NCBI GenBank assembly: GCA_026129095.1
Contig: JAHCIT010000007.1
Location: 186,001 to 219,939 of the forward strand
Source of the DNA: Deltaproteobacteria bacterium
GTDB lineage: Bacteria; JAGRBM01; JAHCIT01
DNA length: 33,939 nt
Reading direction: 5' to 3'
The translations under genes and the position numbers were made by a program. Within the stretch, counting starts at the first letter, position 1, and every line of letters begins with the position of its first letter. Shown here piece after piece: positions 1 through 10,910 of the stretch. The notes beneath the pieces were generated by a model that was not told the DNA's origin, did not search any database, and worked only from the letters and a program-made list of their open reading frames with translations.

Positions 1-920
1 GGACACCGGTGGCGGCCAGCGGCAGCGTGGAGCTCAAGGGTTTTGATCCAGGCAAGAGACAGTCCGGCTCGGTGGACCTGAAAGCCCACAGTCGCGCACT
101 CGACACCAGCATCCGTCCGCACCAGCTTCTCGCCCTCCGGCTCCGGACGGATGGGGCATTTTCATCGGTGGGACTTCTTCCACTGACGCGTGGCGATCTC
201 CGGGTGGACTATCCCCGGGTCACGGTCCGCGAACTGGCTGATGGTACCGGCCTCAAGATGACCGTACGGACCGACCTCGCCCTGATCGTCAACGAGCGGC
301 AGATCATCGCCCCGCTCTTCCCGGCCGAAGGCATCGGCACCGTCCAGATCATTGGTGGAACGTGCGCTGGGGCCGACCCTGAAGCTCCCGATACAGTCCG
401 GAATCAGTGTCCTGGTACTCTTATCCATCTGCTCCCGTTCACGCTAACGGTTCCTCCGCCGGTCATTGCTGCCCAGTTTCCACACCCTCCCCGCGAGGGG
501 TCCGTCATACTGCCGCCGCCGGACGGGAGGTATAGTGATGAAGACTGGCTGAGTATTCACCTTTCATTCGAGGGCCTTACCGATGAACGGGCAGAGCAGT
601 GGCTTCTGCTCCCGCTGAAAGATACCAGACCCGGTCCGCTGAATATGGAACGGTTTGTGGTCACACCTACGCAAATGAACCTGAAGGCCGGTGAACTGGC
701 CAGTTTCACCTTCGACGGCATTCTCAACACCGGCGACCGGATGCCGCTACTTCACGATCCCGACACCCGGATCAGCGTATCAGAAATCTCGCATCCAATG
801 CCGGGCATCAGTGTCTCGCCCGGTACGGTCCGGGCTGCCCGGCCCGGAGAAGGGTCTGTACATATCCGGAACCGCAAATTTCCCCTGTGGCCGGTGAGCA
901 TTACGATTCTCGTTGAGTGA
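1..920 (+). CDS. hypothetical protein, 5'-partial
   Basis: Frame of ORF 9..920 is open to the window edge; Pro/beta-rich, no family recognised. Confidence 0.55.
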   Translation, partial: TPVAASGSVELKGFDPGKRQSGSVDLKAHSRALDTSIRPHQLLALRLRTDGAFSSVGLLPLTRGDLRVDYPRVTVRELADGTGLKMTVRTDLALIVNERQIIAPLFPAEGIGTVQIIGGTCAGADPEAPDTVRNQCPGTLIHLLPFTLTVPPPVIAAQFPHPPREGSVILPPPDGRYSDEDWLSIHLSFEGLTDERAEQWLLLPLKDTRPGPLNMERFVVTPTQMNLKAGELASFTFDGILNTGDRMPLLHDPDTRISVSEISHPMPGISVSPGTVRAARPGEGSVHIRNRKFPLWPVSITILVE

Positions 921-1016
921 AGGCTTGCCGAAAGAAACTATTTAGTCTCTTAAAAATTGGCGCTATACAGGAAAGTCGCCGCTCCGAATGTGGAGAGCGA
1001 TGGAGGACACCCAATC

Positions 1017-2123
1017 ATGCGTTCCTGGCTGCAACTTCAGAAGGGACAGACGCCCCGGCAGGCCCATGTGGGCCTGGATGGTCTTAAGGATGACGAACTC
1101 GGCCGCCAGGGGTTTTCCGGGAAGGTGGCAGAACTCTACCGCCGTAACGATCCGACAGCCTGGAGCCGGATAGAGGGTCCGCATCGTCCCCGCGATTTCA
1201 GCCTGAACCGGCTGGTTCCACCTGACCAGAATGACCCGAACGGCCGTCCGCTCAAGCTGATGTTCAATGCCGACCTGTCAATACATCTGAGCCGCCGGGC
1301 AGCACCGATGCCCTATTTTTTCCGGAATGCCGATGGCGATGAGCTTCATTTCGTCCACCGCGGCGAAGGAACAGTTGAAACCGAATTCGGCCCCCTCACC
1401 TACGGACCGGGGGACTATGTGCTGATTCCAAAAGGCGTCACCTACCGGGTAGTTCCGGCAAATGCGGACAACTACTTCGTCATTCTGGAAACCGTGGGCG
1501 AGATCGACTTCCCCGACTTTGGGGCCCTTGGCCGCCACGCTCCGTTCGATCCCACAGTAATCCGCATTCCGGAACCACAGGCATTCGACCAGCCGGGCGA
1601 GCACGAGGTACGCATCAAGCTTGATGGCCGGTATACATCTTGCACCTACCCGTTCCATCCGTTCGACGTCGTGGGATGGAAGGGCGATCTTTTCCCTTTC
1701 GCCATGAACATCCGTGACTTCTGCCCGATCCTGAGCGACCGGGTGCATCTGCCGCCATCGGTCCACTGCAATTTCCAGGCGGCAGGTGTCTACGTCATCA
1801 ACTTCCTGCCCCGGCCTGCCGAAGGCATTCGTGACGCCGAGAGGGTTCCCTGGTATCACCGGAACGTCGACTTCGACGAGGTGATTTTCAACCACGGCGG
1901 AGAATTCATGGGAGTTCCGATTCCCAAGGGACGCATGTCCCTCTCGCCCCAGGGAGTCCACCACGGCATTCCCGAAATGGTACGGGAGTTCACCCGCAAG
2001 AACTGGAAAAAAGACCAGATGCTCAACTGGGAAATCATTAGTTTCGACTGCTCCCGCCCTCTACACGTAACTCCAGAGGCTGACGCCGCTGTCCGGCTTC
2101 CCAAGGCATCGCTCGGGACCTGA
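1017..2123 (+). CDS. hmgA: homogentisate 1,2-dioxygenase family protein
   Basis: Motifs FFRNADGDELHFVH, HPFDVVGWKG, PPSVH, PWYHRNVDFDE and GVHHG (Fe ligands). ATG at 1017 follows GGAGGA, preferred over 957. Confidence 0.85.
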   Translation: MRSWLQLQKGQTPRQAHVGLDGLKDDELGRQGFSGKVAELYRRNDPTAWSRIEGPHRPRDFSLNRLVPPDQNDPNGRPLKLMFNADLSIHLSRRAAPMPYFFRNADGDELHFVHRGEGTVETEFGPLTYGPGDYVLIPKGVTYRVVPANADNYFVILETVGEIDFPDFGALGRHAPFDPTVIRIPEPQAFDQPGEHEVRIKLDGRYTSCTYPFHPFDVVGWKGDLFPFAMNIRDFCPILSDRVHLPPSVHCNFQAAGVYVINFLPRPAEGIRDAERVPWYHRNVDFDEVIFNHGGEFMGVPIPKGRMSLSPQGVHHGIPEMVREFTRKNWKKDQMLNWEIISFDCSRPLHVTPEADAAVRLPKASLGT

Positions 2124-2157
2124 CCCAGAGCCACACACTCCGGAAGGAACCATCATC

Positions 2158-3432
2158 ATGAAGTTCAAGCCGTTTCACGTTCACGCCCACTACGTTGACA
2201 TCGATCCGTCAGTCCGTATTGAACCGGTCCGGTTTCATGCGCCGGACGGATTTCCGCTCAACGGCCTGCTGCATTTGCCCGCCAAAAACACACCGGAAGT
2301 GGCCGTACTGGCCATGCACCCCAGAGGCGACTTCTCCCGGCACTATCTTGCGCCGGGCCTTGTGAATGGCGGATACGCGTTCCTTGGTGCGAATTCGCGT
2401 CATCTCAACAATGATGCTGACGCCCTGCACGAACGGCTGCTGATCGACGTGGCAGGCTCGATCCGGTTCCTGAAAGACCGGGGCTTCAAGAAGATCATCC
2501 TGGCGGGAAACTCTGGTGGCGGATCGCTCTTTGCCTTTTACATCCAGCAGTCGGGGCTTCCACCCGATCAGCGGTTCGATAGCGGCCCGTCGGGTGACAA
2601 GGTGCCGCTCCGGGAAGTGGAGCTCCCCCCCGTGGACGGGTTCATCATCCTTGCCGCCCATCCCGGCGAAGGCCGCTTCCTCATGGACCGGCTGGACCCC
2701 TCCGTAGTGGACGAAACCAGTCCCACCGCCTGCAACCCGCGGCTTGACATGTACAATCCAAAGAATGGCTACCGGCCCATGCACGAAGGTCCCTCGAAAT
2801 ACTCACCCGACTTTCTGGCCGAGTATCGCGCAGCCCAGCGCCAGCGATGCGAACGAATCGACCGGCTCTGCAAGGAATGGAGCGCCGAGTCACTTTACTA
2901 CCGGGCAAGATTGAAAGATCCGGCACGGCTCACGCCCGCCGAAATGCTGATGGCCAGCCGTCACGGGCTCCAGCGTCGCTATCTTGTCATCTACCGGACC
3001 CTGGCCGACCCGCGGTATCTGGACCCGGCCATAGATCCGAATCGCCGTCCCATCGGTTCCCTTTTCGCCCAGGGAGGACGGGATCCCATCGCCGGAAACT
3101 ATGGCGAGGGGCTCTCACGCGTAATGAGCGCACGCGGATGGCTTTCTACGTGGTCTGGACTCGAATCACGCGCGGCGCTGGAACTCACCGCACCATCGAT
3201 CCGGATTCCAACCCACATGGTCTATGCCGATGCTGACACGGAGATATATGAGCGAGAATGCCGCGCCGCATACGGTCTCATTCCTGCCACTGACAAGACT
3301 TTCACGACGATGGAGTGGGCGGACCATTACCTGTTCCCGGTTGGGTCGGAAGGACAAAGCCGCGGGAATGCGCGCCAGAAACTGTGCGAAGATGCCCTGC
3401 TCCCGTGGCTGAAGCAGCGGTGGCCGGTTTGA
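2158..3432 (+). CDS. alpha/beta hydrolase
   Basis: Nucleophile elbow GNSGGG, late Asp (ADAD) and His (ADHY); AAGGA RBS; 34 bp after hmgA-like gene. Confidence 0.8.
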   Translation: MKFKPFHVHAHYVDIDPSVRIEPVRFHAPDGFPLNGLLHLPAKNTPEVAVLAMHPRGDFSRHYLAPGLVNGGYAFLGANSRHLNNDADALHERLLIDVAGSIRFLKDRGFKKIILAGNSGGGSLFAFYIQQSGLPPDQRFDSGPSGDKVPLREVELPPVDGFIILAAHPGEGRFLMDRLDPSVVDETSPTACNPRLDMYNPKNGYRPMHEGPSKYSPDFLAEYRAAQRQRCERIDRLCKEWSAESLYYRARLKDPARLTPAEMLMASRHGLQRRYLVIYRTLADPRYLDPAIDPNRRPIGSLFAQGGRDPIAGNYGEGLSRVMSARGWLSTWSGLESRAALELTAPSIRIPTHMVYADADTEIYERECRAAYGLIPATDKTFTTMEWADHYLFPVGSEGQSRGNARQKLCEDALLPWLKQRWPV

Positions 3433-3479
3433 TGACACCGGGAACCGCTGCTCCCAAAAGCTGAAACCGGTCCCTGAGG

Positions 3480-4415
<936 letters not shown>

Positions 4416-4515
4416 GCCACCAACAGTAGCCGCACAAGGCACGAATTCCGAGAAGGAACAAGCCCTGCACTTGAAGCCCTCCGGCAAGGCCAGTCAGTCT
4501 GAACCGACATTCCTG

Positions 4516-6855
4516 ATGGATGACGAACCCAAACCACTTTCCCGGCGGACCCCACCCTGGATGCCGTGGGCGGCCGCCATAGCCGCCCTTAACGTTATCC
4601 TTTTCGCGGGTATTTATGCCGGCCATGAGGCCACCTACTTCCGCGACATACTCACCCAGTACGTTCCGACCCGGGCGTGGATGTTCGGCCGCATCCTTGC
4701 CGGAGAGATACCGCTGTGGAATGACCGGATGTTTGGCGGCATTCCGTTCTGGGGTGATCCGGTACAGAGTGTCTGGTTTCCCGGCCAGTGGCTGTACCTC
4801 TTCTTTGCACGCCTGCACCCGGTCCATGCGCTCGGATGCCTGATTGGCGTTCACTACCTGATCGCCCATGCCGGCTTCTTTCGCCTGCTGAGAGCGCTCC
4901 ATATCCGGCCATGGATCGCTTTTGTTTTTTCGGCAGTCATCTCCTGTGGTGGCCCCGGCCTGTCGCTTCATTGGGGCTTGCAGTTTTTGTATGGGTTTTC
5001 CGTACTTGGGTGGGCCGCCGCCTCGCTGGTCCATTTCCGGAAGAAGCCGTCCAGCCGGAGCGTCATCTGGATCGTTGTGTGGACAGTCCTGATGGTGACG
5101 AGCGGCGACGTGCAGCTCGCCTCGCTCTTCGGACTGTTGTCAGTGGCCGTCTTCATAAAAAGCCACGGAATCCGCAGTTCCCATTCCCGCAGGTTTGTGC
5201 TGGCGATGTTGCTCGCCGGCCTTGCCAGCGCAGCAGTGATACTTCCGGCTCTTGAGATTTCCGGCCAGTCGGACCGGGTCGACCATCTCAAGGGCTTCTA
5301 TGCCTATACCTGGTCATGGCGGCCATTACGGTTTGCCGAGTGGTTCCTCCCCGGCCTGTTTGATCCCAGATTTGATGGGGGAACTCCCATTGCATTCACA
5401 CACGCCGTTACTGGACCAGTCCCCTTCGCCGGAGCTGCCACCTACTTCCAGCGGCTCAATCCAGGGCTCTGCGCGCTGCTGCTCCTTCCAATGGCTGCGT
5501 TGCTCACACGGGAACGCCGCCAGCTATGGTGGTTATGGGGAGGGGCTGGAGTTTCCCTGCTGATGTCGCTGGGCGAGCCGGGCGGACTCTTTCCGCTGGC
5601 CCGTCTCATGATTCCTGGTTGGAACCAGTTCCGCTATCCGGAAAGGTTCATGCTGCCAGCCATCATATCCCTTGTCACGCTGGCCGCGATTGCAGCAGAC
5701 GCCTGGATGACCCGCTCAGATGTCCCGCGAAAAACAGTCATGGCAACAGCTGGCGCGATTGTCTCCACCGCGCTCGCAACCGCCTTCATGCCTGGAGCAG
5801 CCGGCCTCCTGCTGCAGAGCGGTGAGCATGCGATATACACGAATCATATGCGCTCAACCGGATGGTGGGTGCTAATGATCACTGGCATTGCCACCGGAGC
5901 GCTGCTCGCGACCAAAATCAGCATGCGTCTCAGGGCAGGACTTCTTGCGACAGCCATCGCTGCTGAAATAGTTGTCTTGTCGGTCCCGGCGCTCAAAACG
6001 GTACCTCTTGAAGCATTTGATGCGCCACCGCTGGCAATTGCGCCACTTGACCACGCTTTCAAAGACGAGCTTCCGCTGCCCCGTGCGATATTCGCCTTTC
6101 AACGTCCGAAAATCATCCTGCCTCCGGCGGAGCTGGCTCGCCACCAGTGGGAAACATCGTTTCTGAATCTAGCCCTGCTGACACCCCATGCGACACTTGG
6201 CGGCTACGGTTCGTTCTGGCCAACCCGCTACCTGGAAGCGGAAAAAGTCATGGACCCGGCCGCCTTCCAGCTGATTATGGGGGTGGGAGCGGCCGTAGGC
6301 CATGCGGAGCAGCGGTTTTCAGGGCACTGGACGTGCGAGCAGCCGGCAGCCGAGTCCGTTCGGCTCTGCCATCCTTCCAGCATGATGCGGCGGGTACGGG
6401 TACCCTCAAACTGGGAAACCATTTCCGATGCAGATATCCTGCGAGAGCGCCTGCACTCGCTGGGCTCTGATACCCCACAGACAGAGTATCTGGGAGTCCT
6501 GATTGATGGCCGGGCAGCCTCTCCAGTTTCGGCGGCAGCACCAGCCGGGAATGCATCAGTAACCGTTCGCCACTGGTCCCCCGAGCGCCGCACATTCGTG
6601 GTTCATCGTGAAACCGAGGGCCCGGTCATCCTCGCTGAAAACTGGTACCCGGGATGGACCGTAACCGTAGGCGGCCACGAGTCAGGCCTGATTGCAGCCA
6701 ACGGCTTCCAGATGGCAGCCTGGGTTCCAGCAGGGGAACATTCGGTGGAATTCGTCTACCAGCCCGCATCGGTCAGGGTTGGGATCCTGATTTCACTGGC
6801 GGGAATTGCCGGACTTCTGGTGATGTACTGGCGGACAAGGGAAATGCCCGGCTGA
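4516..6855 (+). CDS. YfhO-family polytopic membrane protein (GT-C-like)
   Basis: Many hydrophobic segments; GEIPLWND..GGIPF, FRYPERF, C-terminal ENWYPGW...VPAGEHSVEFVYQP; start chosen to avoid overlap with divergent gene. Confidence 0.8.
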   Translation: MDDEPKPLSRRTPPWMPWAAAIAALNVILFAGIYAGHEATYFRDILTQYVPTRAWMFGRILAGEIPLWNDRMFGGIPFWGDPVQSVWFPGQWLYLFFARLHPVHALGCLIGVHYLIAHAGFFRLLRALHIRPWIAFVFSAVISCGGPGLSLHWGLQFLYGFSVLGWAAASLVHFRKKPSSRSVIWIVVWTVLMVTSGDVQLASLFGLLSVAVFIKSHGIRSSHSRRFVLAMLLAGLASAAVILPALEISGQSDRVDHLKGFYAYTWSWRPLRFAEWFLPGLFDPRFDGGTPIAFTHAVTGPVPFAGAATYFQRLNPGLCALLLLPMAALLTRERRQLWWLWGGAGVSLLMSLGEPGGLFPLARLMIPGWNQFRYPERFMLPAIISLVTLAAIAADAWMTRSDVPRKTVMATAGAIVSTALATAFMPGAAGLLLQSGEHAIYTNHMRSTGWWVLMITGIATGALLATKISMRLRAGLLATAIAAEIVVLSVPALKTVPLEAFDAPPLAIAPLDHAFKDELPLPRAIFAFQRPKIILPPAELARHQWETSFLNLALLTPHATLGGYGSFWPTRYLEAEKVMDPAAFQLIMGVGAAVGHAEQRFSGHWTCEQPAAESVRLCHPSSMMRRVRVPSNWETISDADILRERLHSLGSDTPQTEYLGVLIDGRAASPVSAAAPAGNASVTVRHWSPERRTFVVHRETEGPVILAENWYPGWTVTVGGHESGLIAANGFQMAAWVPAGEHSVEFVYQPASVRVGILISLAGIAGLLVMYWRTREMPG

Positions 6856-6858
6856 TAG

Positions 6859-6934
6859 TGGCGCCCCCAACCGGAATCGAACCGGTGTTTTCGCCGTGAG
6901 AGGGCGACGTCCTGGGCCGCTAGACGATGGGGGC
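6859..6934 (-). tRNA. tRNA-Glu(CTC)
   Basis: Reverse complement GCCCCCATCGTCTAGCGGCCCAGGACGTCGCCCTCTCACGGCGAAAACACCGGTTCGATTCCGGTTGGGGGCGCCA: 76 nt cloverleaf, anticodon CTC, encoded CCA. Confidence 0.97.
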
Positions 6935-7073
6935 AAATGGCCGCTTGCTGCTGCGTCAGCCCCCGAAGGAGATGGCGCGGGACTCCATGCGTAGCCGGAG
7001 AGACCACCGGGGGCAAGGGGCTCCTTTTCCGGCAGCATAGGGAATCCGGTGCCAGCCCGGTAGCCGCCCTGCC

Positions 7074-8450
7074 CTACCCCACTGCCTGTTCCAGTTCATT
7101 GAGAGCCTCGCCAGTATAGACGGCCACCCTCTGCATGCGCGGGAGCGTGTCCCGGCAGCCGGTAAAACCGAAATTGAGTGTGCCGGCATAGCTCTGGCAG
7201 GTGATATTGATCGCCTGCCCATGAGTGGGAATCGACACGGGATAACAGGCGTCCAGCCTCGCGCCCCGGAAATAGAGCGTCTCCTTTGGCCCCGCCACGT
7301 TGGAGATTACCACGTTGAAAGGCGGACGCATCCGCCCGCTCATCCCGGTCACATGCTGAAACGCAAAGGGGAGCATCTGCAGTGCACTGAACTGGATAAT
7401 CGCCTCGCGGCTCATGCCGTGAAGCTGTTCCTTTGCCTGGCAGGCTGATTCACGAATCACCTTCAGCCGTTCCACCGGATCGGCGATGTGGGTCGCCAGC
7501 GAGGCGAGGATGGATCCAACTGCATTGCCCCCGCCGGGATCGTCCTTGGGGCGGACATTGACAGGGATCATGGCGATGAGCGGATCGGCGGGAAGCGCTC
7601 CGAGTTCCATGAGAAAGCGCCTCAGGCTTGCCGACGAGAGCGCCAGAACAAGATCGTTCAGCGTGCAGCCGGCACGCCGCGCCAGCGTTTTTACCCGTTC
7701 GAGCTGGTACTGCTGGGTGGCAAACCGGCGGTTGCGCGAAACCCGTCCGTTCAGGATCGACATGGGCGCCTCGTATGGCGTCACGCCGTGCGGCTTGTGG
7801 CCTGTGACGATATCCCTCAACTCCCGTCCCACCTGACGGGCCGATTCGAGCTGCTTCTGGAAACCCGCCCGGAAGGCGGCGATCGCATCGTCGCCGGAGT
7901 CCGCTGGCGAGCCCGCTCCCTCCGGCGGCGGGATGGAGAAGAACATCGGGCGCGTCCGGTCGTCCGGATCGTTCGAGAGACTGCGGGCCAGTATCCGGGA
8001 GCCGGTGAACCCGTCCACCAGCGAATGATGGACCTTGAAATACATGGCGAACCGGCCGCCTTCGAGCCCTTCGATCAGGTGCACCTCCCACAGAGGGTGG
8101 TGGAAATCCATCGCGTGACTGTGGAGCCGCGAAACGAGTGTACCCAGTTCGCGCTCGTCGCCCGGCGCGGGAAGCGCCGACCGCCGGACGTGATAGTCGA
8201 TGTCTATATCAGGCTCTTCCACCCAGGAATGAAGTGGATTGGCAAGAAACTCCGGCGTCCTGAGCCGGAGATTCCAGGGCGGGTATATTTCGCGGCTTCC
8301 CCGCAACTCATCCAGCAGGGAGCGGAGAAAATCGGGCCGTGCGTCTTTCGGCGGAGTAAAGATAAGCAGCGAGGCGACGTGCATCATCACCTCCCGTGTC
8401 TCGCCATAAAGGAATATGGCGTCCATCGGGGTCAGCCACCTGTCGGACAT
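7074..8450 (-). CDS. wax ester/triacylglycerol synthase (WS/DGAT) O-acyltransferase
   Basis: Catalytic HHSLVDG, PLWEVHLIEGL, FNVVISNVAGP; GGGGAGGGG RBS. Confidence 0.93.
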   Translation of the reverse strand: MSDRWLTPMDAIFLYGETREVMMHVASLLIFTPPKDARPDFLRSLLDELRGSREIYPPWNLRLRTPEFLANPLHSWVEEPDIDIDYHVRRSALPAPGDERELGTLVSRLHSHAMDFHHPLWEVHLIEGLEGGRFAMYFKVHHSLVDGFTGSRILARSLSNDPDDRTRPMFFSIPPPEGAGSPADSGDDAIAAFRAGFQKQLESARQVGRELRDIVTGHKPHGVTPYEAPMSILNGRVSRNRRFATQQYQLERVKTLARRAGCTLNDLVLALSSASLRRFLMELGALPADPLIAMIPVNVRPKDDPGGGNAVGSILASLATHIADPVERLKVIRESACQAKEQLHGMSREAIIQFSALQMLPFAFQHVTGMSGRMRPPFNVVISNVAGPKETLYFRGARLDACYPVSIPTHGQAINITCQSYAGTLNFGFTGCRDTLPRMQRVAVYTGEALNELEQAVG

Positions 8451-8592
8451 GATGAGATCCCCCTCCCCGGCTATCCGCGCCAGCCAAGCACGCTAAAGCA
8501 GTCGCCTCAGCGGGAGTATGACCGGGGACAGGACACGACTGGAACCAGCATCCCTATGAGCAATCTAACTATCCGGATTTACTCGTATTTTA

Positions 8593-8636
8593 TGGTTCCC
8601 GATGATGGATTCGAACCACCACAAGCAGAGTCAGAG
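8593..8636 (-). mobile_element. 3' fragment of tRNA-Gln(CTG): probable att site / island boundary
   Basis: Minus strand CTCTGAC-TCTGC-TTGT-GGTGG-TTCGAAT-CCATC-ATCGGGA-A-CCA gives anticodon loop, T-arm, acceptor 3' strand and CCA; the 5' half is absent. Confidence 0.85.
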
Positions 8637-8953
8637 GCTCGGAAACAGCCTCCACGACTGTCCGGCGGAATCCGTCGAATCAGCAATTTCAGACGGTTAC
8701 AAATATGTCAATCCACCGACATCCAGCGATATTCAGGCTGGAGGTGGTCTGGATAGTGGTCAAAATACCGAGATCGAAGCCGCCGTCACCACTCTGCTTG
8801 TGGTGCTGACCGAGGCCACGAAAGTCTTCTGGAATGCTTTGGAACGGGGGGAGTCCTTCGAAGCAGCGAAGGGGGAGTTTCAAGCGGTGATGGCGAAAAG
8901 GGGGTGGTGAACCTCTGGCGGAAAGGCTGGGGGATACGGCATACTCCAGCCGA

Positions 8954-9697
8954 ATGGGAGACCCGCTCAAAACCGTCCTGGATCAGGCCGACGCGCTTCT
9001 GAAGCGGTGGCAGGCCTTGCTCCCCCTTGCCCCGGATGCGCTGGCGAAACTCCGGCAGCATTGGGATGTCATTCACACCTACAATTCGAACGCGATCGAA
9101 GGAAATACCCTCACCCTCGGCGAGACGAAAGCCGTACTTCTCGACGGAATCACGATCAGCGGTAAACCGCTTCGTGAAATTCTTGAAGCTACGAACCACC
9201 GGGAGGCGATGGGGCTATTGTACCGTCTCGCCGGGTCGCGCTCCCCGGTCACGGAACGGGAGATACTGGATCTTCACCGGATCATCCTGACTGGCATCCA
9301 GTCGGACGACGCCGGTCGATACAGGACGGTCGGAGTCAGAGTCGCCGGTTCAAAACATGTTTTCCCGAATGCAGCCAAAGTCCCGGCGCTGATGTCTGAT
9401 TACGTTACCGGCATCAGTTCCGAAGGCGATCACCCGATAAGAATCGCCGCCAGAGCCCATTACCGGTTTGTCGCCATCCATCCCTTTGCAGATGGCAACG
9501 GGCGAACAGCCCGGCTACTCATGAATCTGTTTCTGATGCGGAGTGGATATCCGCCTGCCTGCCTGCCCATCGAACGGCGCGGTGAATATTACGATCTGCT
9601 GGAAGCGGCTCACAACGCCGGAACGGAACGGTTCGAACTGTTCATCGCCGAGTGCGTACGCGATTCATTGGAAGATGCCCTGCAAGGGCTTGAATGA
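8954..9697 (+). CDS. Fic family protein (AMPylase)
   Basis: Canonical HPFADGNGRTAR; N-terminal inhibitory SNAIEGN motif. Confidence 0.95.
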   Translation: MGDPLKTVLDQADALLKRWQALLPLAPDALAKLRQHWDVIHTYNSNAIEGNTLTLGETKAVLLDGITISGKPLREILEATNHREAMGLLYRLAGSRSPVTEREILDLHRIILTGIQSDDAGRYRTVGVRVAGSKHVFPNAAKVPALMSDYVTGISSEGDHPIRIAARAHYRFVAIHPFADGNGRTARLLMNLFLMRSGYPPACLPIERRGEYYDLLEAAHNAGTERFELFIAECVRDSLEDALQGLE

Positions 9698-10089
9698 GCG
9701 ACCTGCCAGCCGCCTGGCGTACGGGTTCCATCCGATTCATTGCGAACGATCTGTCCAGGGAAAGCGGGATCGGTCCTGCAAACCGGATTTCAGGACCATC
9801 CGGAGGGCGCGAATTGTTCTTGCCGCGCGTTTCATGAGAACAAGATGCGGCAACTACCCAGGGAAATAAAATAGCCATTTTTCCGGAATTTTGTGGGTGA
9901 CGCCACTGGGACATTCCAGAATGTATCGTTGACGCCTCACTATACCGCCCTCAAAGCGCTAGCAGCTCGTTTCAGTGATTTCCGTAGAAAGAATTCTTCA
10001 CGTATACTTGCCTAACTAATGGTTTGATGCGCTCATTTGTATTGAGCAGAAATATTTATCGAATTGCTTAAATCGGACACTCGGAACGC

Positions 10090-10896
10090 ATGATCGCACG
10101 GGAACTTGATTTTCAAACAGTTGACGACCTAGGCCACGCGTTTTCTAACGGGCGAATTGCGGATGGCGAAAAACTTGAAATAATAGTAAATGAAATCGGG
10201 CCGTGGATTGAGTACCAATCGATGATTCGCTCATGCGCTGGCTACGAAAAGATTGCTGATGATCGGATACAGTTTAGCGGCCTGACCGTATTTCGCGCCA
10301 ATCTTTTATCCAATGATCGATACTGGAATTGTGGCGACACAAAGGACATAGGCTTCATCATTTCGAATAAAAATGGTGCGGTGGATGAGAGCGACGTTTA
10401 CCGGACATCGTTTCTTCTGGATGCTGAGCATTGCGCCGTTCGAGCGGGATTTTCGCGTCAGACGGCTAAAGAACTAATCGGTGCAATTAGAGAACTAGAA
10501 GATAATATCTATGCCCATTCAGGAAAGTCGGCGTCAGGTCTGATTGCGTATCAACGCATAGAACGGCATTTTTCATTTGTAGTTCGAGATCTTGGCATCG
10601 GAATCCTTGCAAGCCTTAGGACATGCCCGGTCTATCAAGATCTTGTAGATCATGGCGAAGCGTTGAGACTCGCATTGGAAACAGGAACGTCCCGGTATGG
10701 ACCTGAGACGGGCCATGGATTTGGATTTCGACAACTCTGGCTTGGTTTAGCAAACCACCAGGGAAATCTAAGATTTCGGACTGGTAACTATTCGCTTCAG
10801 ATCAATGACGCCGGACCATCTCTTAAGAGTGCCAGATTAGCGCAAAAACCTCCAATATCTGGATTCCTAGCGTCAATTGATTGTTCGCCGACTTGA
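10090..10896 (+). CDS. GHKL/HATPase anti-sigma-factor-like kinase
   Basis: N-box ELEDNIYAHS, G1 VRDLGIGI, G2 GHGFGF; no transmembrane or HisKA region evident. Confidence 0.75.
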   Translation: MIARELDFQTVDDLGHAFSNGRIADGEKLEIIVNEIGPWIEYQSMIRSCAGYEKIADDRIQFSGLTVFRANLLSNDRYWNCGDTKDIGFIISNKNGAVDESDVYRTSFLLDAEHCAVRAGFSRQTAKELIGAIRELEDNIYAHSGKSASGLIAYQRIERHFSFVVRDLGIGILASLRTCPVYQDLVDHGEALRLALETGTSRYGPETGHGFGFRQLWLGLANHQGNLRFRTGNYSLQINDAGPSLKSARLAQKPPISGFLASIDCSPT

Positions 10897-10910
10897 TGTT
10901 CGCAGTTGGT

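Noticed and set aside
8593-8670. Complete tRNA-Gln gene
   Set aside because: No D-arm, 5' acceptor strand or 5' anticodon stem; treated as an att fragment
7488-8756. 422-aa plus-strand ORF
   Set aside because: Antisense to WS/DGAT and runs through the tRNA fragment
8602-8910. 102-aa ORF whose end (ALERGESFEAAKGEFQAVMAKRGW) loosely recalls phage Mu F-like head proteins
   Set aside because: Starts inside the att fragment; resemblance is short and there are no other phage genes; may be a remnant
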